Below are positions 9,635-18,806 of a DNA stretch of 64,000 bases, one piece after another. Source of the DNA: Bradymonadales bacterium. Its GTDB lineage: Bacteria > Bdellovibrionota > UBA2394. The stretch is from NCBI GenBank assembly GCA_007693605.1, contig REDG01000056.1, positions 4,358 to 68,357 of the forward strand, read 5' to 3'. Each line of letters begins with the position of its first letter. The stretch's first letter is position 1. The position numbers and the translations under genes were made by a program. The notes beneath the pieces are model-generated. The model was not told the origin of the DNA, searched no databases, and was given only the letters and a program-made list of their open reading frames with translations.

Positions 9635-11274
9635 AAAAGAAGCATTCGCAAGATTTTGTTAAGTTCACCGATCGAGTGTTTCTCGCGGCTTTGGTCTTGC
9701 AGGTTTTTCTTCTTTGCGGACTGGCGTTTGCGGGTCTTTCCACGATGTTCTGGCTCAGTTCTCGCGCAGGAGAAGAGGTCATTGAGTCAAACTTTTTGAC
9801 TTGGGAGAATCGGCTGACCGAGGCCGTTTACAGAAACCAGATTACTGGCTTTTGGCTATGGGAGGAGCTTCCAGAAGTGCGAGAGTTTGAACAAGCCCTC
9901 AGGTTGAGCGGTCAATCCGTCGAGGTTTCTGTCAGTGAGTGTGAGTCCACGAGCGATATTTTAAAGCCGCTGACTTTGGGCTATCTGCCTTTGAATCGCT
10001 GTGTTGTGATCGCTCGTTCTTATGAGGAGATTTCTAGGCAGGCCGGTTTGATTTCCCTTTTTGCTTTGGCCTCAGTGGTGATCTCGATTTTCTTTTGGTG
10101 GCTCTGGCGCGGTCGATTAAGGCGCCGCTATGTTCAGCCCTTGGTGGCTTCTCTCGAAAAGGAGGCCAAAGATGCCGCTCTTGGAAAGATGGCGTCTCAG
10201 ATTGCGCATGATATTCGTTCACCGCTGGCGGCTCTGAACATTTTTCTGAGAGACGCTCATAGTATGCCCGAAGAGAAGCGAGATCTTCTTCGATCGGCCG
10301 TTCATCGAATTCATGACATTGCCAACAATCTTTTGCCCAAACGAAAGGGGCTGTTTGTGACTCAAGACGGGCCACAGATCGAGTTGGTTTCGAGTCTTTT
10401 GGATCGGTTGGTGACTGAGAAGCGGATTCAATACCGGCGAAATCGAAAGATCGAGATTCACTTCAAATTGGCGAGAAGCGCCTACGCGGCCTTTGCGAAG
10501 CTAGAGTCGAGCAGTTTTTTGAGAGCCGTTTCAAACCTGATTGATAATGCCGTAGAAGCCATTGAGGCCGAAGAGGGGCAGATTTCTGTGAGTCTTCGTT
10601 GTCAGCCCGATTCTTTGATTGTTTTGGTGGAGGATAACGGACGGGGGATTCCTTCCGATAAGCTTCATCGCGTCTTTCAGCGAGGGGTCTCATACCAGAA
10701 GCCGGGGGGCTCGGGGCTTGGTCTTAGCTATGCTAAAGAAGTGGTGGAGGCTTGTGATGGACAGTTGGGTATTTTGTCGAAGCCGGGTAAGGGCACCCGA
10801 GTTTCGATTCGCCTGCCTAAGGCCAGCGATCCGGCCTGGTTTTTGTCGAGCATTCAGATTTGGGATGGAATGCGTGTTGCGATTGCAGATGATGACTCTT
10901 CCATCCATCGGATTTGGGATGGCCGTTTTCGTTCCTTTCGTGCAGAGGAATTGGGCGTCGAGTTGAAGCACTTTTGGTCTCTTTCAGAGTTAGATCACTG
11001 GAAGTTAGAGGATTTGGATTTTCAGAGCTTTGATCTGTTCTTGATGGACTACGAGTTTTTCGGAGAGTCCAAGACCGGCCTGGATTGGTTGAAAGACAAT
11101 CGCCTGGTTGATCGGGCGATTCTTGTCACAAGTCGCTTTGAAGAGGCGGCGCTTCAGGCACAGGCCGAGCGACTCGGTTTGAAGGTGTTGCCGAAGGGCC
11201 TCTCTGCCTATGTTCCCTTTGAGCATAAAGCTCAAGCCTGGTTCAAAAAAGAAGAGCAATCAAGAGAGCGATAG
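9631..11274 (+). CDS. Hybrid sensor histidine kinase (2 TM, HisKA, HATPase_c, C-terminal receiver)
   Basis: H-box MASQIAHDIRSPLAAL, N/G boxes LIDNAVEAI…DNGRGIP…GGSGLGLS, and a C-terminal REC-like IADDD…LFLMDYEF…ILVTS…LPKG. Confidence 0.8.
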   Translation: MKKKHSQDFVKFTDRVFLAALVLQVFLLCGLAFAGLSTMFWLSSRAGEEVIESNFLTWENRLTEAVYRNQITGFWLWEELPEVREFEQALRLSGQSVEVSVSECESTSDILKPLTLGYLPLNRCVVIARSYEEISRQAGLISLFALASVVISIFFWWLWRGRLRRRYVQPLVASLEKEAKDAALGKMASQIAHDIRSPLAALNIFLRDAHSMPEEKRDLLRSAVHRIHDIANNLLPKRKGLFVTQDGPQIELVSSLLDRLVTEKRIQYRRNRKIEIHFKLARSAYAAFAKLESSSFLRAVSNLIDNAVEAIEAEEGQISVSLRCQPDSLIVLVEDNGRGIPSDKLHRVFQRGVSYQKPGGSGLGLSYAKEVVEACDGQLGILSKPGKGTRVSIRLPKASDPAWFLSSIQIWDGMRVAIADDDSSIHRIWDGRFRSFRAEELGVELKHFWSLSELDHWKLEDLDFQSFDLFLMDYEFFGESKTGLDWLKDNRLVDRAILVTSRFEEAALQAQAERLGLKVLPKGLSAYVPFEHKAQAWFKKEEQSRER

Positions 11275-12352
11275 AGATACTCAAGCTGAGTTGGCCGTGG
11301 ATTTTTGCGGCTTCGAGCCGAGAGCTTTCGAGTTCAATTGAAAAGGGCCCCGAGGCTTTTGATAGTTTTCTTGAGAGTTTGAAGCTTGGAAAGGCCACAA
11401 GACCCGCTAGGACAATTGGAAAGGGCAGGATGTGTGTGGCCAAGCCAATTCCGAGAGTGAGCAGGCCGAGGCCGTAGATGATGCCAGGTATTTTTTGTGC
11501 CTTTGAAAAGCCCATTATCTGGGCCAAGGTCATCGCTCCCCGAGCTTGATCCTGGGGAATGTCTTGAAGGTTGTTGCAAAAGAGAAGGCCGACCGCGAAC
11601 ATTCCCAAGGCGGAAGAGATATACATCACGCCAGAGTTGAAAGTGCCAAAGCTGACATAGGAGAATGCCAGGCCTAGAAGAGGACCGCACATGGCGAACA
11701 CCAAGGCTTCTCCAAGAGCGATGTACTTCACTCCAAACCTAAAGTTGCCGCCTGAATAGCTGAGCACTCCCAGGCAGGAGACCGCTCCGACGACCCACAG
11801 CCACAAGGGCCACTTCTGAAGAAGCCCCAGCCATAGACTTGAAGCTAGAGCTAATAATAGACAACCAAGGGCGAGTCTCTTGACACATCGAGGGCTCAGC
11901 CACGCTTTTTGTATCGCACCGCTGCCACCAGGTGTGCCTGGCAAGTCAATGAGGCGCTGGTAGTCAGCATAGTCGTTATAAAGATTAATGGAGGAATGGA
12001 GTAAGATTGTGATGAATCCCCCAAGACTCGCTGCCAGCAGATTTAGATCCCAGCCTTGCTGTATTCCGAATAGGACAACACAAATCCCGACCCCAAGGGT
12101 TGCTGAGAAACTGTATGCTCTAAGAGAGGACAGAACTCTAAGGTGGAGCCCGGGTCGTTTTAGTTGATCAACAGGAGTCACCTGAAAGATGCCATAGGAT
12201 TGGTTGGAGTCTTGTAGATCTACAAATCTGACCAACTGAGCGAACCTCTCTCCTTCGGAAGTCTTCAGCACTCCTGATTCCATTAGTTCTTGAAACAACT
12301 TCTCATTTCTTTTCAGTTCTAAAATCGACATGGGACTACTTTGTTCGGTCAC
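11243..12352 (-). CDS. UbiA-family aromatic prenyltransferase (MenA-like) with an extra N-terminal soluble domain
   Basis: Polytopic membrane protein with the Asp-rich motif NLYNDYADYQRLID. It overlaps the polyprenyl synthase gene on the same strand. Its 3' end overlaps the convergent kinase gene by 32 bp. Confidence 0.55.
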   Translation of the reverse strand: MTEQSSPMSILELKRNEKLFQELMESGVLKTSEGERFAQLVRFVDLQDSNQSYGIFQVTPVDQLKRPGLHLRVLSSLRAYSFSATLGVGICVVLFGIQQGWDLNLLAASLGGFITILLHSSINLYNDYADYQRLIDLPGTPGGSGAIQKAWLSPRCVKRLALGCLLLALASSLWLGLLQKWPLWLWVVGAVSCLGVLSYSGGNFRFGVKYIALGEALVFAMCGPLLGLAFSYVSFGTFNSGVMYISSALGMFAVGLLFCNNLQDIPQDQARGAMTLAQIMGFSKAQKIPGIIYGLGLLTLGIGLATHILPFPIVLAGLVAFPSFKLSRKLSKASGPFSIELESSRLEAAKIHGQLSLSISIALLIALLF

Positions 12353-13310
12353 CGAGCTTTTCGATCACCTGGCGTAAGTACTTACGAGCTTCCTCGTTAA
12401 CCGCTCGATCTTGAATTCGTTCAACTTGGTCTGTTGCTTCCCGAAGGAGAGCCTTCGAATAGGCGCGCAACTTCAAGCAGACCTCTGGGAGCGGCCAAGC
12501 TTGAGGAATCTCCGGGTGCTCCGCGCCAAAGACTTCTCTGAGTTCATCCTTAAGTTGAGGGTAGTCCCGCAAAAGCTGAATGCTGACAAAGTTCATCATC
12601 CCCTGGGCCAAGTCTTGGCCGGACGCCTTCCCGGTGTTCTGAGAAAAGTCGAGAATATCGTCTTGAATCTGAAAAGCGACACCTACTTTTTCACCAACCA
12701 ATTCGAGTGCCTTCAATGTGGGGAGATCTAGACTCGCGAGTCGGCCAGGGATACTGAAACAGGACCGAACCAGACTGCCCGTTTTCAGTCGAGCGATTTC
12801 GATTTGCCGATCCCAGTTTTGATGAAGCACCCCCTGAGATTCCAACTCCATATACTGACCAACCACCAAGTCTTCCACTACTCCTGAGAGTTCTTTTAAG
12901 ATGTCCAGTCTTCCTCCGGCGGCCGTCTCCTTCATGACCTGCGCAATGAGGAAGTCTCCGCAGAGGATCGCGGCTGAGTTTGATTTTAGGTGATTGATGG
13001 TGTCTTTATCTCTCCTTCGTGGAGCCTGATCCATCACATCGTCATGAACGAGCGTGGCCGAGTGAATAAGTTCTAGGATTCTTGCAAAAGCGAGGACCTC
13101 ATCCGGACTAGTGTGAAACATGTTCGAGTTGATCAAAAACAAGAGAGCACGAAAACGCTTGCCTGAACTCAGGTACTGAGAGTTCAAAAGATCGGAGAGT
13201 TCAGGCAAGCTTTGGTGGGCATGAATTGAGAGATTGATTTTTGGTAGCTCCCTCTTTAGCTTCTCGAGACTTTCTGACTTTGCCTTAAAAAACCAAAGAT
13301 TGGTCACCAT
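12336..13310 (-). CDS. Trans-polyprenyl diphosphate synthase (IspB-type, long-chain)
   Basis: FARM motif LVHDDVMDQAPRRR and SARM motif FQIQDDILD. 324 aa. Confidence 0.8.
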   Translation of the reverse strand: MVTNLWFFKAKSESLEKLKRELPKINLSIHAHQSLPELSDLLNSQYLSSGKRFRALLFLINSNMFHTSPDEVLAFARILELIHSATLVHDDVMDQAPRRRDKDTINHLKSNSAAILCGDFLIAQVMKETAAGGRLDILKELSGVVEDLVVGQYMELESQGVLHQNWDRQIEIARLKTGSLVRSCFSIPGRLASLDLPTLKALELVGEKVGVAFQIQDDILDFSQNTGKASGQDLAQGMMNFVSIQLLRDYPQLKDELREVFGAEHPEIPQAWPLPEVCLKLRAYSKALLREATDQVERIQDRAVNEEARKYLRQVIEKLGDRTK

Positions 13311-13610
13311 AGTTTAGTTAAGTTTAAACTCAACAAGACCTCCAGTAAATAACTTTATCTCTTAAAAATACGCTATTAAACTATTGTTTTTATTAGATAA
13401 TTTTATCAGACCCCCGGTCTTTGGCATCTTGTTTCATCTGAAGTTTAGCTCTTTTTGAAGTCTCATGGGGGCGAAGAAGGGGCCTTGCATTTCAAAAGAG
13501 GTCACAGGCTTAGGTTCGTCTTCGTTTTGAATTCTTTGGGTCGTGTAAAGAATTGTTAGTCTTCGGCCAAGGCTCTAACGGAACCTCTTTAGTCCGATCA
13601 TACTAAGAGG

Positions 13611-14696
13611 GTGAGGCTGCAACTTTATCGAAGAATCATCATCGTCAGCGACGCTTGGGTTCCACAGGTCAACGGGGTAGTTCGTTCACTTCAGAACCTA
13701 CAAAAGGAGCTTGCTCTGTTGGGATACGATGTGGAGATTATTCATCCCAAACTTTTTTTCAATTTCCCCTGTCCCCGCTACTCAGAGATCCCCCTGGCAC
13801 TTCCTTTGGGAGGTAAGCTAGGGCAACGACTAAGTAAGTTTGACTACTCGGCCATCCACATTGCAACAGAGGGGCCTCTTGGTCTGGCAGCTCGCGCATT
13901 CTGTATCAGAAACTCGATTCCGTTCACTACGGCCTACCACACAAAGTTTCCAGAGTATGTGGAAGCAAGATTTGGTCTATCTGCGAAGTGGGGCTTTCGC
14001 TATATGCGCTGGTTTCACTCGCAGTCGGAGGCGGTGCTCGCGCCGAGTCCGAGCTTAATCAAGAGTTTGCAAGAAAAGGGATTTCGAAACCTCAGGCTTT
14101 GGGGTCGAGGAGTAAACCTCGATCTCTTTAAGCCCACTCCCTATTCTTGGGAGGATTTTTGTGAAGACCATCAGGTTATGCGATCAAAACGACCCTCTCG
14201 AATTCTTCTTTTCGTGGGTCGCGTGGCCGTGGAAAAGAATATCGAGGCTTTTCTGTCTCTTCGTTGTCCGGGCCTGAAGGTGGTGGTGGGAGACGGTCCA
14301 GAGAGACAAAGCCTTCAGTTGCGCTATCCTGACGCCCTCTTTCTTGGAGGGATGGCCTCGGAGGATCTTCCCCGCTTGTATTCGCTCGCTGATGTCTTTG
14401 TCTTCCCTTCTCTTACCGACACCTTTGGACTTGTGCTTTTGGAAGCCCTCGCCTGTGGAACGCCTGTGGCGGCCTTTCCAGTCACTGGCCCTCTCGATGT
14501 TTTGGGAGAGCGAGGTCCAGGCGCGCTAGATCGAGATCTCGAAACTGCCGTCCGAAAGGCTTCAAGCATTTCTCGAGAAGCCTGCGTTCAGTTTGCGGCT
14601 CGGCACTCGTGGCGCAAGTCGGCAGAGGTCTTTCTGGGCGAGCTGGAGTCGCTAATCACAGGAATCTCGCTTGATGTCTCTTTGCAAGAGGGCTAG
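13611..14696 (+). CDS. Glycosyltransferase family 4 (GT-B, Glycos_transf_1)
   Basis: VGRVAVEKNIEAF…GDGPER…VFPSLTDTFGLVLLEALACGTPV, a typical EX7E/GT4 C-terminal domain. Confidence 0.75.
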   Translation: MRLQLYRRIIIVSDAWVPQVNGVVRSLQNLQKELALLGYDVEIIHPKLFFNFPCPRYSEIPLALPLGGKLGQRLSKFDYSAIHIATEGPLGLAARAFCIRNSIPFTTAYHTKFPEYVEARFGLSAKWGFRYMRWFHSQSEAVLAPSPSLIKSLQEKGFRNLRLWGRGVNLDLFKPTPYSWEDFCEDHQVMRSKRPSRILLFVGRVAVEKNIEAFLSLRCPGLKVVVGDGPERQSLQLRYPDALFLGGMASEDLPRLYSLADVFVFPSLTDTFGLVLLEALACGTPVAAFPVTGPLDVLGERGPGALDRDLETAVRKASSISREACVQFAARHSWRKSAEVFLGELESLITGISLDVSLQEG

Positions 14697-14725
14697 AGCT
14701 TGCTTTGAAACAAGGAGGTGCTCAA

Positions 14726-14973
14726 TGAACGTTGTTAAAGTCACCAAAGACTATCGGATTTTTAAGAAGCGATCTGGGCGATATGCCGTTCAGAGTCTGC
14801 AGAAAGCTTGGATTCATTCAGATGACAAGATTCAAATTCTTCAAAGGGAAGGTTTGATCAAGCTGACTCCAGCGAAGAAAGAGCCAGAGATTCCCCCCGC
14901 TGCTGAGGGGCAGGCTGCGACTGCATCAGTCGAGGCAGGTGCATCCGATGGGGCCACCGAAAAGTCAGAGTAA
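14726..14973 (+). CDS. Small hypothetical protein (82 aa), Lys-rich N-terminus with Ala/Glu-rich tail
   Basis: Consensus SD AGGAGG 7 nt upstream of an internal ATG (caaggaggtgctcaATG). The ORF track reports a longer 100-aa form starting at 14671. Confidence 0.4.
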
Positions 14974-14983
14974 GACGCAAGCT

Positions 14984-15859
14984 TCAAAATCTTTTGAGCA
15001 AACTCGAACTAAACTGAGCCACTGAGGGCTTGTGAAGTCTTAGAAAGAGATCCGGCTCGATGAGCTCTAGCTCCATCAGAAGATAGCCCTTGTTTTTCCG
15101 GACAAGATCGACCCGTGCGTAGAGAGGCTCTTCTTCTAAACCATTCAGAATTTTTTTGGCAACGCGGAGCGCCTCTGAGGGGCAAGGAGTGATTTCAACT
15201 TTTCCCCCGAGTTCCTCTTGAACGCGGTAGTCATCTTGCCCCGGCCGTTTTAAAGCAGCGTGAGAGAATTCATTTTCAAAGAAGACGAGAGAGAGTTCGC
15301 CTTCGGTGATCAGTGTCTCTTGAAACTCTTGAAGAAGCCAGTGGTCACAATTGGAGTTCTGCAACTCTTGAGTCAAAAGCTCAAGTGAATCACCCAGCTC
15401 AAGCCGATGGCAACCCAAAGCTGAGCTTCCAACCAATGGTTTGATGACGAAAGATTCGTACTCAAGCTTTGAAAGAATATCGGAAATGTTTCGAAGCTCC
15501 TCTCGTCGGAGCAGCTTCGAAGGGATGACGGGGTATCCGAGACCTTCCAGTTTCAAGAGATAGTCCTTCTTAAGGTTCCATCGAATTTGATTGGGGGAGT
15601 TCCAGACATCCAGCCCAGACTTTGAGAGCGACTTCAGAAGATTCTTGAAGGCCTTGAGTTTTTTTGGATAACCCCATGTTGTTCGAAACAGTACAGCCTG
15701 CATCCGCTGCGATTCCGGCTCAAAGCGTTCCCAATTTTCCAGTGAAACTCGAAGTCCGTTTGCTTCAAGAGCCCTCGCGAGCAAGAGATCATCCTCAAGA
15801 GGTTCTTTGAGAGTTTCGGTGGTTAAAAGAATGAGGTTATGAAATCTCACAGAACACAA
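14984..15859 (-). CDS. ATP-grasp domain protein (RimK/glutathione synthetase-like)
   Basis: FVIKPLVGSSALG…LLQEFQE…GELSLVFFENEF…DYRVQ…ARVDLV…GYLLMELELIEPD, typical of ATP-grasp B and C subdomains. Confidence 0.55.
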   Translation of the reverse strand: MCSVRFHNLILLTTETLKEPLEDDLLLARALEANGLRVSLENWERFEPESQRMQAVLFRTTWGYPKKLKAFKNLLKSLSKSGLDVWNSPNQIRWNLKKDYLLKLEGLGYPVIPSKLLRREELRNISDILSKLEYESFVIKPLVGSSALGCHRLELGDSLELLTQELQNSNCDHWLLQEFQETLITEGELSLVFFENEFSHAALKRPGQDDYRVQEELGGKVEITPCPSEALRVAKKILNGLEEEPLYARVDLVRKNKGYLLMELELIEPDLFLRLHKPSVAQFSSSLLKRF

Positions 15860-15878
15860 ACTCGAGACTCGTTTCGGC

Positions 15879-16148
15879 TCAGCCTCGAATCAAGACCCAA
15901 AGGCCAACCAAAACAAATATCGATCCAGCCATATAGCGAATGAGGCTTTCTGGTAGATAGTGCGCGACAATGCGACCCATGAAGAAAGCGAAGATTCCAG
16001 CCAGCATTAAGCCGATCAGAATTCCCGCCAGAACCTCCCACTTGCCTCGATGTTCTGCCGACAGAGCTAGGGCCGTTAGCTGGGTTTTGTCGCCCATTTC
16101 GAGAACGAACATTGAACCTGCTGTTAGAAAAAAAACCTTCCAATCCAT
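15879..16148 (-). CDS. UPF0016/GDT1 (TMEM165) family membrane protein, single-repeat form
   Basis: Signature E-x-G-D-K-T is present (LEMGDKTQLTAL). 89 aa, 3 TM. Confidence 0.6.
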   Translation of the reverse strand: MDWKVFFLTAGSMFVLEMGDKTQLTALALSAEHRGKWEVLAGILIGLMLAGIFAFFMGRIVAHYLPESLIRYMAGSIFVLVGLWVLIRG

Positions 16149-16155
16149 ATCTCAC

Positions 16156-16650
16156 CTACTCCAAAAATGAAATCATCAGCATAAAACCGGCCATAGCGGC
16201 CATTCCCAAATTTTCCAGAACGCTAATGTGGCTTAACTTTACATTTAAAACCGTTCCCAGGCAGGCGCAGCGAAACTGGTAGCCTCTTTTCAGGCTCAAG
16301 AGAATGCCCCCAAGTCCGAAGAGCATGAGACCTATAGTAAGAAGGTAGAGGGGCACAAGAAAGCTTTCTACAAGATAGCCAAAGCCAAGTCCCAGCTCCA
16401 AAAACGGATAGGCAAAGGCATAGGGTCGCCACTGTTGGGCCAACAAATCATATTTCTGAAATCCGTCAGCAAATCCTCTCAGATTCACGAGCTTGAAGAG
16501 GGCGAGCAGGACAAAGAAAAAGCCCATAAAGGAGTGCATCCAAGACTCCCAGTGCCAGCTTTCGCTTCGCAGTTCAACGGCATAAGCAAGGCCCCCTGTA
16601 AGGGCGAGAATCCAAAGAAGGGGAGCATAATTTCTAATCGAGGAAAGCAC
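16156..16650 (-). CDS. Small polytopic membrane protein (MauE/DoxX-like)
   Basis: 164 aa with 4 predicted TM helices and a CAC motif. The family assignment is tentative. Confidence 0.35.
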   Translation of the reverse strand: MLSSIRNYAPLLWILALTGGLAYAVELRSESWHWESWMHSFMGFFFVLLALFKLVNLRGFADGFQKYDLLAQQWRPYAFAYPFLELGLGFGYLVESFLVPLYLLTIGLMLFGLGGILLSLKRGYQFRCACLGTVLNVKLSHISVLENLGMAAMAGFMLMISFLE

Positions 16651-16730
16651 GGTCTAGGCCTAGCGTTTTTCGAGATCTTTGAACACCCTATAAGATTGTC
16701 GCCCAACTCCTGATTAACGGCACTCCCCTT

Positions 16731-17657
16731 TTGATTTGCGTGCAAAGCTCAGATAGAACCAGAACAAGGATGTTTTCTCTTTCTCGGGGCCAGCAATTCG
16801 TATTGTTGGCCGTTTTTCTGTTCTCGTTGATGGGGGTGATCGTCAAGTGGTTGAGCGACCTTCCGACACATCAAGTGGTGTTTCTGAGAGCCTTGGTGTC
16901 TTTGGCCATGACCGCTCCACTCTTGGCCTGGGCTAGAATTCAACCCTTAGGTGTAAACCGAAAGCTGCTTTTTGCCCGCGGTCTTGTCGGAACGGCCGGT
17001 CTTTTCATTTTCTTTTACACTCTCACTAAGATGCCTTTGGCATCGGCCTATACCCTGCAGCAGATCTCTCCATTGTTTACGATTTTCATTGCGGGAATTT
17101 GGCATCGACAAGATGGGGCGAGTCCAAAGCAGTGGGCCCTTTTTCTTTTGGCTTTTTTCGGCGTGGCCCTGGTTCAGGGCTTTGATCCAAGAGTGTCTCT
17201 TGGTCATGCTGGCCTAGGCATTTTGGGCGCTGTGGCTTCCGGTTTTGCTTACAATTTTGTCAGAGAACTTAAGCGAACGGATCATCCTCTTGTCGTCACC
17301 TTCTATTTTCCGCTCGTGGCCTGTATTGTCATTGGGCCTTATAGTTTGTTTCATTGGACTCCTCCGACTCCAGTCGAATGGCTTCTACTGGTGATCTTGG
17401 GCATTATCACTTTTTTGGCTCAATGGTATATTACGATTGGCATACAGATGGACTCGGTTGCTCGAACAAGCCCACTCATTTATGTCGGGGCCATTTTCTC
17501 TTTGAGTTTTGGATATTTGATTTTCGAAGAGTCGATGCCCGCTTTGGCCCTCTTGGGGATTCTAGTTATTTTGGTCAGTCTTGCGCTGGCTCAAAACCTT
17601 AAGACGCCTCGCTCCGAACCCCCTTTGGACGAGTCAATGCCCTCATCAAGGCCCTAG
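16731..17657 (+). CDS. DMT superfamily transporter (EamA-like, 10 TM)
   Basis: Two EamA-like repeats of hydrophobic helices. The start is possibly at the internal Met (MFSLSRGQQ…, about 16770). Confidence 0.6.
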   Translation: MICVQSSDRTRTRMFSLSRGQQFVLLAVFLFSLMGVIVKWLSDLPTHQVVFLRALVSLAMTAPLLAWARIQPLGVNRKLLFARGLVGTAGLFIFFYTLTKMPLASAYTLQQISPLFTIFIAGIWHRQDGASPKQWALFLLAFFGVALVQGFDPRVSLGHAGLGILGAVASGFAYNFVRELKRTDHPLVVTFYFPLVACIVIGPYSLFHWTPPTPVEWLLLVILGIITFLAQWYITIGIQMDSVARTSPLIYVGAIFSLSFGYLIFEESMPALALLGILVILVSLALAQNLKTPRSEPPLDESMPSSRP

Positions 17658-17701
17658 GCGGGGGGGCTTGGTCTTGGGCGCCGTTTCGGTAGAATGGAAG
17701 C

Positions 17702-18085
17702 ATGGGCAGCAGCAGCCAAAGAGAATTTCAACGCTATGATGTCTCTCATTGCTTCGTCTTGGGTGGAGAGATATCAGAGTATCCCCAGCAGCTTAGGATG
17801 ACGACGCTTGGTCAGGGGGGCTGTGGATTCTTTTCAACAGAGGCTCTGCCCGAGATTGCTCCTCCGCGCGAGGTCGCCTGTTCGATTTTTTCAGTAAACT
17901 CAGAGGGTTACGAGGAGTCCCACATTCTGATGGGCAATGTCCTCTATATCACCCCCTCTAATTCAACAGCAGGGGTCTCATTCTATTATGGAGTAAAGTT
18001 TTTTGAAGAGGATCGGAGAAAGCTAAAGCGACTCATTTCTAAACTCGAAAGACTTGCCCAAAAAGGGGAGCTTCAACGAGTCTAG
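17702..18085 (+). CDS. PilZ domain protein (c-di-GMP receptor-like)
   Basis: RxxxR motif (QREFQRY) and D/NxSxGG-like motif (TTLGQGGCGF) at canonical spacing. 127 aa. Confidence 0.55.
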   Translation: MGSSSQREFQRYDVSHCFVLGGEISEYPQQLRMTTLGQGGCGFFSTEALPEIAPPREVACSIFSVNSEGYEESHILMGNVLYITPSNSTAGVSFYYGVKFFEEDRRKLKRLISKLERLAQKGELQRV

Positions 18086-18722
18086 GCTCGTGCGATGTGG
18101 TCTTTGTGAGTCGAGTCGGCTGACTGAATTTTCCTTTGTTCACTCTAGGCGCTATCTTCGCTGCGAAGATTGCCTGTTGATTTTCGTTCACAAAGACTTT
18201 CATTTAACTCCCGAAGCAGAATATCAGCGCTATCTTTTGCACGAAAATGACTCGAAAGATCCTCTCTATCGGGATTTTTTCTCTGACTTTCTGGGCGAGA
18301 TCCTTCCGAGATTGAAGCCTCAATCTCGGATTTTGGATTTCGGTTGTGGGGCGGACTCGGCTCTTGGGGCTCTCCTCCGAGAGCGAGGTTTTGTTGTCTC
18401 GGACTACGATCTTTATTTTCGACATCAACCGGAGTTGCTGGGGAAGCTTTACGACAGCGTGTTGGCAACTGAAGTGCTTGAGCACCTACGAGAGCCCCTT
18501 CCGGCCCTGAGGCAAATGCTCTCTTGTTTGAAGGCCGGAGGGCTGTTGGGTATCATGACCCGACTGTTTGAGGACTCCATTTCGTTTGAGAGCTGGCATT
18601 ATCCTCGAGATCCCACTCATTTGTGTTTTTGGTCAGTTCGCAGCTTCGAAGTTTTGGCGGATCGAATGGGTCTTCAGCCGCTTGGTGTAGGACCGAAAAT
18701 TCAAATCTTTCAGAAGCTTTAG
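18054..18722 (+). CDS. Class I SAM-dependent methyltransferase with N-terminal Cys4 zinc ribbon
   Basis: CGLC…CEDC zinc ribbon, then LDFGCGADSALG (SAM motif I). The start is uncertain (ATG 18054 or GTG about 18089). Confidence 0.55.
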   Translation: MPKKGSFNESRLVRCGLCESSRLTEFSFVHSRRYLRCEDCLLIFVHKDFHLTPEAEYQRYLLHENDSKDPLYRDFFSDFLGEILPRLKPQSRILDFGCGADSALGALLRERGFVVSDYDLYFRHQPELLGKLYDSVLATEVLEHLREPLPALRQMLSCLKAGGLLGIMTRLFEDSISFESWHYPRDPTHLCFWSVRSFEVLADRMGLQPLGVGPKIQIFQKL

Positions 18723-18806
18723 CTTGGGAAAATGATGAAGTAAGCTCTTTTCTTTGCTTCTCAAAGTCCGCTAAATCTAAAGCCCAAGACCTGAAGGAAC
18801 TCCTAA

